NCBI GenBank assembly: GCA_964454905.1 | Contig: CAYVTR010000005.1 | Coordinates: 6,876 to 70,875 of the forward strand | Reading direction: 5' to 3' | From: an uncultured Woeseia sp. | GTDB taxonomy: Bacteria; Pseudomonadota; Gammaproteobacteria; Steroidobacterales; UBA11654 | DNA: 64,000 nt | Shown: positions 57,682 through 64,000 of the stretch, in pieces | How the letters are laid out: each line of letters opens with the position of its first letter | Position numbering within the stretch: position 1 is the stretch's first letter | Notes under the pieces: model-generated | What the model was told of the DNA's origin: nothing | What the model saw: only the letters and a program-made list of their open reading frames with translations | The model's database searches: none | Program-made: the position numbers and the translations under genes

Positions 57682-58577
57682 TTTTTCCCTGATCTTGGGT
57701 GAGCCTTATCATATGTTTCTGTAAGGTGTTGAAAATCTAAATGAGTATAAACCTGTGTCGTGCTAATGTCTTTATGCCCTAAGAGTTCTTGTACGGCTCT
57801 TAAGTCACCACTGGCCTCTAATAAATGAGTGGCAAAACTATGCCTAAGTAAATGGGGATAAACAGTTTGCTGTAAACCATTTTTTTTAGCCCAATGATTA
57901 ATGCGACTTTGTACCGATCTTCTGCTTAAACGATTACCTCGGTTACCCACAAATAATGCCTCTTCTTCAGGTGCGGCCAACTGTGATCTAACCTTAATCC
58001 ATTCCTGTATAGCTTGTATAGCCTTAGACCCTATTGGTAGCATTCTTTTTTTATTTCCTTTACCAATCACTGTAAGACTCATGTCTTGAATATTTAAATC
58101 AATGGGATTTAAAGAAACTAACTCAGACAATCGAAGGCCAGAAGAGTATAAAAGCTCCATAATAGCTTTATCTCTAAGGCTAATAGGGTCTGCTTGTGAA
58201 ATATTTAGCAACTGATTAACCTGGTCAACATCTAAAACCCCTGGTAATTTTTGTGGAGCTTTTGGTGTTTTTACGCCGTCAGCGGGGTTAGTTTTTAAAA
58301 AGTTTTCTCTTACTAAATAATTCATAAAACTTCTAATCGCTGACAATTTTCTTTGAATGCTTCTCGCCCCAAGACCGTCTATAAAAATCTGAGATGCATA
58401 GCTTCTTATATGATGGGGTTTTATGTCTGACCATAACGATATCTTCTGAGAGCTAGAGAAAGTTGCAAGATCATTGATGTCTTTCGCATAATTGAGAACA
58501 GTATGTTTTGAATACCTCCGCTCAGTTTCTAAGTATTGAAGAAACTTTTTTTGTAATGTTTGAGATTCTGGTTTCAT
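57678..58577 (-). CDS. xerC: site-specific tyrosine recombinase XerC
   Basis: 299 aa. R...HxxR...Y catalytic set ([12 protein letters not shown]....TTQVYTH). The C-terminal [17 protein letters not shown] closely parallels E. coli XerC rather than XerD. Confidence 0.85.
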   Translation of the reverse strand: MKPESQTLQKKFLQYLETERRYSKHTVLNYAKDINDLATFSSSQKISLWSDIKPHHIRSYASQIFIDGLGARSIQRKLSAIRSFMNYLVRENFLKTNPADGVKTPKAPQKLPGVLDVDQVNQLLNISQADPISLRDKAIMELLYSSGLRLSELVSLNPIDLNIQDMSLTVIGKGNKKRMLPIGSKAIQAIQEWIKVRSQLAAPEEEALFVGNRGNRLSRRSVQSRINHWAKKNGLQQTVYPHLLRHSFATHLLEASGDLRAVQELLGHKDISTTQVYTHLDFQHLTETYDKAHPRSGKK

Positions 58578-58604
58578 TAATTAAATGGAGACAGTTTTGC
58601 AATG

Positions 58605-59846
58605 TTACTTATCTATTTCTCTAGCAGATTTCAGTGCAGCTAATGCCTCCTCTTTTTCGCCAAGCTCAGATAGAATAAGCGCCAGCTCTGTGTACTTAGA
58701 GGCACTATGAGATAGTTCAATTGATCGTTCTAGGCATTGTTTAGCTTTAGACCATAGACCGTCTCTTTGAGCCAACCTGCTTGCAGCAAGCCAAAGATTT
58801 GTGTCCCGAGGTCTGTCCTCAAGCCAATTATCAACACGATTAGATAATTCATTAATGCTGGGATTATCTAAATCCGCATACAGCAAGATAAGCCTTGTGT
58901 TCCAGGTATTGGGAATGAGTTTCCTGAGTGCTGACTCTGCTTTTATATGTTCTTTGTTACCTAACCAACTTTCAATTTTTCCTGTCATAATCAGGGGATG
59001 TTTTTCTATGGATTTGGGTATTCTCTCAAGTATTGATTCTAGGGGTTTGTTGTTATGTATAGCGTCCCTTATAACCTCAAGAAACATCTCTGCTAAATTG
59101 TCTTCGTCTACATGTTTATCAAACTCAAACACTTTTCGTAAAACTAGCTCATAATCTTTTGTCGCAACAAGAAGCGCAAAAAGCAGCTGGTGGGCAGATG
59201 CGTTGGTTGGGCTAATATCAAACAACTGATCAACATAGGTTTTTGCATCGATATAATTTTTAGAATTAATCAAAAGAGTTGCAACAAAGTTCAGAATATA
59301 GGGCTTAATCTTAGGAAAGGCATTTAAACTTTTTTCTACCCATTCCTCACGTGATTTATGGTCACCAGCAGCTTCAGATAACTCTATATTTAATAAAAAA
59401 GTTTGGAGTATGGGCTGACTTGAGGAGGATGCTGATTTTAATCTTTTTCTGGCCTTAGTGGTTTCTCCTCTAGATAATAAAAGCAGGCTTTCATTAAGCA
59501 ATCTTTTTGTGCGTTTAGCGCTTCTTTCAGCAAGGAGATATTTAATTCTCCCAGGAGAATTCCAAACCAAGATAACAACTCTAATTAATATATATAACAG
59601 CAACAATCCCATCATCAATATAGGGACTGTGGTTTCTAAGGAGTAATCAAGAAACTCCAATAAAACATATCCATTTAGTCTATCAACCATGCTATCGAGC
59701 GATGACAGCATGGTTTGGTCCATTGATTGCTTGCTAAGCCAAAATAGACCCCCACTAATAACAACCAATAGAATTATTATAAAAAAACCGATAAAAGATC
59801 CTAAGCGGCTTTTTTTCTTTTCACTTTGTTCTGTTGTTCCAACCAT
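58605..59846 (-). CDS. HemY-like inner-membrane TPR protein
   Basis: 413 aa. Two N-terminal TM helices followed by a basic stretch (HemY_N-like) and a TPR-like helical C-terminus. No hemCDX neighbours. Confidence 0.5.
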   Translation of the reverse strand: MVGTTEQSEKKKSRLGSFIGFFIIILLVVISGGLFWLSKQSMDQTMLSSLDSMVDRLNGYVLLEFLDYSLETTVPILMMGLLLLYILIRVVILVWNSPGRIKYLLAERSAKRTKRLLNESLLLLSRGETTKARKRLKSASSSSQPILQTFLLNIELSEAAGDHKSREEWVEKSLNAFPKIKPYILNFVATLLINSKNYIDAKTYVDQLFDISPTNASAHQLLFALLVATKDYELVLRKVFEFDKHVDEDNLAEMFLEVIRDAIHNNKPLESILERIPKSIEKHPLIMTGKIESWLGNKEHIKAESALRKLIPNTWNTRLILLYADLDNPSINELSNRVDNWLEDRPRDTNLWLAASRLAQRDGLWSKAKQCLERSIELSHSASKYTELALILSELGEKEEALAALKSAREIDK

Positions 59847-59919
59847 TTTTTAATATTAATACCTGCTTTATGCTCCTTGCTACTAATGATAATATCGAAG
59901 TTTTCTATTTGAAGCGATT

Positions 59920-60162
59920 ATGGATAACGATAAATTCAAAAAGTGGTCTGAAGGGTTCGCTTCAATCCTGCCAGAATCAGCGCTTGAGGTTAAGGATGAT
60001 ATACAAAAAAATTTACGTGTGTTGATAAGAGAGGCAATACAGAAAATGGATCTTGTTGAAAAATCAGAGGTTGTGGCCCTGAAAGAAGAAATACAGCAAC
60101 TCAAAACTACTCTCGATGAGATGAGACAAAAGATTGATCAGCAACCTAATAATGGAAATTGA
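59920..60162 (+). CDS. ubiK: ubiquinone biosynthesis accessory factor UbiK (YqiC/BMFP family)
   Basis: 80 aa coiled-coil protein. The ...QKMDLVEKSEVVALKEEIQQL... block parallels E. coli UbiK ...LDLVSREEFDVQ.... Confidence 0.7.
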   Translation: MDNDKFKKWSEGFASILPESALEVKDDIQKNLRVLIREAIQKMDLVEKSEVVALKEEIQQLKTTLDEMRQKIDQQPNNGN

Positions 60163-60547
60163 TAGTTTGGGTTAAATCATTAGCTAAACTCTTAGCAACA
60201 GGACAGTTTAAAGCAGAGGTCTGAAGGAGTTGTTTTGAATCTTTATCGTAAGATCTAGGAAAAAAGAAATCTATTCTGATTTCACTAATCATGCGTGGCT
60301 CAGTCCCCATAATTTTTGTTACTTCTGCCTTAGTTCCTTCTATATCCAAAGATTGTTTTTTAGCAATAATACCCATGATAGTGAGCATGCAATTGGCCAA
60401 CCCTGTGGCTATTAAATCAGTTGGAGAAAAAGCGTTCCCTTTCCCTTCGTTATCAGTTGGTGCATCCGTAATATAGGTTTCTCCTGACTGGAGATGAGTG
60501 CTTTCAGTTCTGAGTTCTCCTGAATAATAAACGATAGAGGTCGTCAT
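60146..60547 (-). CDS. OsmC family peroxiredoxin-like protein
   Basis: 133 aa. Two conserved Cys contexts (GLANCM, ALNCPV). Confidence 0.8.
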   Translation of the reverse strand: MTTSIVYYSGELRTESTHLQSGETYITDAPTDNEGKGNAFSPTDLIATGLANCMLTIMGIIAKKQSLDIEGTKAEVTKIMGTEPRMISEIRIDFFFPRSYDKDSKQLLQTSALNCPVAKSLANDLTQTINFHY

Positions 60548-60556
60548 AAAATATAA

Positions 60557-61210
60557 TTAAATAACTTTAAAAGCTCCTTTCATAATGGCGTAATGCCCCG
60601 GGAAAGAGCAGAAGAAAGTGTAGTCATCACCCACCACCAACGAATCAATTGAAAACGTTACTGATGTTTCCTGGCCGCCACCAATTATAGTTGTTGCAGC
60701 AAGTACTCTTTGATCCCCAACGGGGACATAGTTATTTTCTATACCAGCTGCTCCGCCTGCCTGTGCAACAGGCATAAAGTCAGTATTGTTTGTCAAAACC
60801 CAATTATGCCCCATAACATTTGCTGGCATGGCACCAGTGTGCTCTAGAGTCACTGTTACCTCTTTACAGTTTGCGCTGACAACCATTTCTTTAAGGTTGA
60901 ATTGCAGCATATCATTACCCTCAATAACTTGTTGGCAAGAACCTTCTGCTGACCACTCTGCAGCAACAGCTTCAGATGTTTCTTCCACAGAGTTATCTAT
61001 GGTTGCTTCTGTCGCTAGAACCATAGCTGGCTTGAGGCGATCTTCCGCATTTTTTTCTGGATGAAATTTGCTAGTAGTTTGTTCTACTTGGGTTTTAATC
61101 ATGCCCCCACCAAGTTCACTAGCACCCTCAAAGAGAACCACCAGAAAAGCAATAGATACAATTAAAGCAATGAAACGATTATGAGAAAAACCTAGACCTG
61201 AATCACTCAC
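60557..61210 (-). CDS. azurin-family blue copper protein with N-terminal membrane anchor and linker
   Basis: The C-terminal ~130 aa align with azurin (CQQVIEGNDMLQFN, NVMGHNWVL, FFCSFPGHYAIMKG). The N-terminal ~90 aa hold one hydrophobic helix and an acidic linker. GTG start. Confidence 0.85.
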   Translation of the reverse strand: MSDSGLGFSHNRFIALIVSIAFLVVLFEGASELGGGMIKTQVEQTTSKFHPEKNAEDRLKPAMVLATEATIDNSVEETSEAVAAEWSAEGSCQQVIEGNDMLQFNLKEMVVSANCKEVTVTLEHTGAMPANVMGHNWVLTNNTDFMPVAQAGGAAGIENNYVPVGDQRVLAATTIIGGGQETSVTFSIDSLVVGDDYTFFCSFPGHYAIMKGAFKVI

Positions 61211-61329
61211 GAGAACTCCTTTTTTATATCGGTTTATCTAGAAGAATAATTAAGCAAGCTTCTATTTTGCAAAGCAGTATAAAACCAATTGTCTTTGTAA
61301 TAAAGAGAATAAAGTTATATTTTTTAGTG

Positions 61330-62235
61330 ATGCAAAAAATCAAAATAAAAAAACTATGTTTGATTTTAAACCCTAAGGCAGGCAGTCAGGACCATGAGAC
61401 TGTTCTCAAATCAGTTCAAAAAGAGTTAGATCATCTAAAAATTGAATACCTAACTTATAAAAGTGAATACAAGGGAGCAATCTCAGATTTTATTCAAAAT
61501 GAAAATCTAGAAGATTTCGAGGGCGTTTGTGTTATTGGTGGAGACGGCACAATCAATGAAGCTGTAAATGGACTAATGAGGTCTGGCAAATCTAGGAGCA
61601 TGGCCTTAGGCATTATTCCAAAAGGAAGCGGAAACGCCTTTGCAGAAGATTTGGGTGAATTAAAGCCATTAGAAGCTCTCGAGACAATTCTTAAAGGACA
61701 TGTGACCCCAATAGATCTTTTTAAAATTGACCACAAAGGAGACACTTACTTTGCAATTAACATCATTGGCTGGGGGATGGCAGCACAAGTAAATATTTTA
61801 GCAGAGAAGCTTCGTTGGCTTGGTGGCATCAGGTATTCAATAGCGTCACTGATTAGTGTGATGAAGATGAAAAAAAGCCAATTAGATTTTATATTGGATG
61901 ACACTAGTTTTAGTGGTGAGGGATTATTTTTTTTAGCATTAAACACAATACATACCGGTAAAGGCATGAAAATGGCACCCCATGCTGTTTTGGATGATGG
62001 ATTAATCGATGTTGTTCTGGTTAAAAGTGCTTCAAAGTTACGTGTTTTAAAAATTTTCACTCAACTCTTTTCTGGAAATCATATAAATGACCCACACGTA
62101 GAGTATAACCAAATTAGACGTTTCGCCTTAAACACAGACGGAGATCCGCTTAATATTGACGGAGAGAATATGGGCGTGACCCCTATCCAAGCAGAATTAA
62201 TTCATAAAGGAATTAAAATATTCACAAAATTATGA
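61330..62235 (+). CDS. diacylglycerol/lipid kinase family protein (YegS/BmrU-like)
   Basis: LILNPKAGS and GGDGTINEAVNGL motifs. Start at MQKIKIKK (61330). Confidence 0.85.
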   Translation: MQKIKIKKLCLILNPKAGSQDHETVLKSVQKELDHLKIEYLTYKSEYKGAISDFIQNENLEDFEGVCVIGGDGTINEAVNGLMRSGKSRSMALGIIPKGSGNAFAEDLGELKPLEALETILKGHVTPIDLFKIDHKGDTYFAINIIGWGMAAQVNILAEKLRWLGGIRYSIASLISVMKMKKSQLDFILDDTSFSGEGLFFLALNTIHTGKGMKMAPHAVLDDGLIDVVLVKSASKLRVLKIFTQLFSGNHINDPHVEYNQIRRFALNTDGDPLNIDGENMGVTPIQAELIHKGIKIFTKL

Positions 62236-62263
62236 ATTTTCTTTAAAATCGTCGTTTAGATTT

Positions 62264-62407
62264 ATGAATAAAAAAATTAATTGGATACCAATTTGTATCA
62301 TGCTCTTTTGCATTTTTTTAACTGCTATGGCGATTTATTTTGAGCAAGAGAAAAAAGAAGCCATGTTAGGTCTAAATGTTAGTCTAGACAGAGATATCAA
62401 AACCTAA
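62264..62407 (+). CDS. possible small membrane protein (47 aa), absent from the supplied track
   Basis: Translated by hand as MNKKINWIPICIMLFCIFLTAMAIYFEQEKKEAMLGLNVSLDRDIKT. One TM helix. Its stop lies 2 nt before the next ATG. Confidence 0.35.
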   Translation: MNKKINWIPICIMLFCIFLTAMAIYFEQEKKEAMLGLNVSLDRDIKT

Positions 62408-62409
62408 CC

Positions 62410-62823
62410 ATGGCCACAGTCATTAACCCAGCAGAAGTTGCAGCAAAACAAAAATGCGATCTGTTTGCCTTAATTTTCCAAGAAATAGAACATAATCCTT
62501 TACTCCTAAACGAAAACCTTGAAATGGTTTTAGAAGCCAACCCTGTAAACAATAAACCAGAGGCAACTCTAGTAAAAATAGGGCCATTTAGGGCTTCGAT
62601 TAGAACTTATGTTGCTAAACATCCTGTCTCAGGGGAACTTATTAACAACCTACCCATTATGGTTTCATCTTGGCGAGACAACAGCTTCCATTTAAAAGAA
62701 GGTTGTGAAACACCACCCATAGAGAAATTAAATAATAAAGCGTTTGTGAATGTTGAGGATTCGGCTAAATTCTTTTTATCTCAAATTGAGTTGATTTCTA
62801 GAGCAAACAAACAAGAAGGTTAA
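62410..62823 (+). CDS. hypothetical protein
   Basis: 137-aa ORF filling the gap between flanking genes. I recognise no motif. Confidence 0.5.
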   Translation: MATVINPAEVAAKQKCDLFALIFQEIEHNPLLLNENLEMVLEANPVNNKPEATLVKIGPFRASIRTYVAKHPVSGELINNLPIMVSSWRDNSFHLKEGCETPPIEKLNNKAFVNVEDSAKFFLSQIELISRANKQEG

Positions 62824-63584
62824 TTTCTGTCATAGCGGTCTTCATAGCGAATAATATCGTCCTCGCTTAATTCATCACCAACTTGCACCTCAATGACTTT
62901 TAAAACCTCTGCTCCTAAATTGCTTAGCCGATGCTTAGCCCCCAAGGGAATAAAAGTAGATTCATATTTTGAAAGCAACTTTGTTTCTGCGTCACATTCA
63001 ACAGTTGCAATCCCTTCAGCAACAAACCAATATTCGCTTCTATGATTATGAGACTGCAGGGAGAGTATTTCATCAGGCAAAACCGTCATTCTTTTTACAA
63101 GATACCCCTCGCCTGTTTCAAAGGTTTTATATGAACCCCAAGGCTTTAAAACTTCTCCGGAGACCAATTCTGAACTTGACTGAATTTTGCCGCCCCCCAC
63201 ATTAAATTCCATTGCAATACCAAATTTTTTACACACTTCTGCCTCAGGGATGTCTGCTTTATTTTTTCTGTCACCGCCGTTAGCAAAACATTTAATATTC
63301 TCTTCACTGGCTAACCACTCTAAGGTTTTGCATACAGTCATATCCTCATCAATAGATTCCACAGCCCTGTAAACACCACTAAACCCTTCAAGAATTTCAA
63401 TTCTTTCTTTAATGGGCATAAACGCGTAGCCTTTCTTTTTTAATAAAAAGCTATCGCTATTGGCAATAACAATAAGCTTAGAGGCAAGCTTTGCAGCTCC
63501 TTGTATCATTCTTAAGTGTCCGATATGAATGGGGTCAAAGCCACCGCTTACCACCACACAATCATTTTTTTTCATCATTACCAC
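62820..63584 (-). CDS. cytidylyltransferase-like nucleotidyltransferase fused to a type II PMI/ManC-type cupin domain
   Basis: The N-terminal ~130 aa carry GGFDPIHIGHLRMI (HIGH-type nucleotidyltransferase). The C-terminal ~110 aa carry the cupin block WGSY......Y.VKRMTV.P...LSLQSH.HRSEYWFV..G. Confidence 0.7.
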   Translation of the reverse strand: MVMMKKNDCVVVSGGFDPIHIGHLRMIQGAAKLASKLIVIANSDSFLLKKKGYAFMPIKERIEILEGFSGVYRAVESIDEDMTVCKTLEWLASEENIKCFANGGDRKNKADIPEAEVCKKFGIAMEFNVGGGKIQSSSELVSGEVLKPWGSYKTFETGEGYLVKRMTVLPDEILSLQSHNHRSEYWFVAEGIATVECDAETKLLSKYESTFIPLGAKHRLSNLGAEVLKVIEVQVGDELSEDDIIRYEDRYDRN

Positions 63585-64000
63585 TCGTATTTACTAAAGG
63601 CTTATTTATTTCTTTTCTAAACGTCCATAAAGAATTGCCAGCATAATTAAAAATTATTCCAATTGCTATACCCAATATTACTGCAAAGATATCGTAAATA
63701 TTTACCAGATAGATCAGAACAAGAAAAAACAGATAATTGATAATCCCAGCAAACCCCGCAACAAGATGAAAATTTAACAACCTTGTCTGAAGGGATTTTC
63801 TTATGGGCCTTGTCTTAAAGGTCCAAAAATTATTCAGGAAAAAATTAGATATAATTGATACCTCAATAGCAACTGGTGAACTCATCGTAACTGGGAAGCT
63901 AATAAAGCGTGTTAAATAATAATACACTCCTAAATTAACAATCACTCCACTCAAACCCACTAAACAATATTTTAAAAAGTCTTCAGAATTGTTAAATCTT
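63562..64000 (-). CDS. GtrA-like membrane protein, or GtrA domain of a larger protein; 5' end lies outside the window
   Basis: The frame stays open upstream of the tracked start to the window edge (…RFNNSEDFLKYCLVGLSGVIVNLGVYYYL…). Four TM segments and a NSLWTF motif typical of GtrA. Confidence 0.65.
   Translation of the reverse strand, partial: RFNNSEDFLKYCLVGLSGVIVNLGVYYYLTRFISFPVTMSSPVAIEVSIISNFFLNNFWTFKTRPIRKSLQTRLLNFHLVAGFAGIINYLFFLVLIYLVNIYDIFAVILGIAIGIIFNYAGNSLWTFRKEINKPLVNTSGNDEKK

Noticed and set aside
57678-58577. A tyrosine recombinase, considered as a possible integrase marking a mobile element.
   Set aside because: The C-terminus and overall pattern match chromosomal XerC. The flanks are ubiE and a HemY-like gene, with no att-like repeats, tRNA or phage/IS genes.
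1-64000. A search by eye for rRNA, tRNA, CRISPR arrays, IS elements, prophage genes, toxin-antitoxin pairs and known defence-system genes.
   Set aside because: No spacer is long enough or structured enough for these RNAs, apart from the regions already discussed. I saw no direct-repeat arrays and no transposase, integrase, nuclease or ATPase combinations typical of defence islands. A covariance-model scan (tRNAscan-SE, Infernal/Rfam) would be needed for formal exclusion.

Overview
AT-rich, very tightly packed 64 kb chromosomal segment. Gene content and order (gmk-rpoZ-spoT-ridA-recG, yibN-secB-gpsA, tatABC, tesA/ybbA-ybbP, ubiE-ubiB, ubiC-ubiA) point to a streamlined, probably marine, gammaproteobacterium. 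I support about 70 protein-coding genes, almost all housekeeping. They include a complete trpEGDCFBA operon with a leader peptide and attenuator, a caa3-type cytochrome oxidase cluster with two subunit-III-like genes plus ctaA, trkAH, a TRAP transporter, a TonB-dependent receptor next to a POT peptide permease, and ubiquinone genes. I saw no rRNA, tRNA, CRISPR array, transposase, phage gene or recognisable defence system. Many neighbouring genes overlap by 1-17 nt, including convergent pairs that share stop-codon bases. The strongest non-coding signal is the 389-bp rdgB-rpmE spacer (35836-36224), the longest intergenic region here. It holds an extremely AT-rich tract, three consensus or near-consensus DnaA boxes within 35 bp and a fourth box upstream, and it sits where gene orientation flips from minus to plus. 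I read it as a candidate oriC in a non-canonical context, or otherwise a DnaA-control element. Other regions worth follow-up are listed here. (1) A split TRAP locus in which the binding-protein gene is translationally coupled to a secreted TonB_C-domain protein, followed by a secreted amidase and a beta-propeller-like ORF with a Gly/Asp tail encoded by a perfect 18-bp tandem duplication. (2) A cytidylyltransferase-cupin fusion next to a GtrA-like gene. (3) A membrane-tethered azurin. (4) A lipoprotein gene apparently co-transcribed with tesA, opposite ybbAP. (5) An orphan pair made of a small membrane ORF and a 137-aa ORF. All product calls come from motif recognition by eye. No database search was run.
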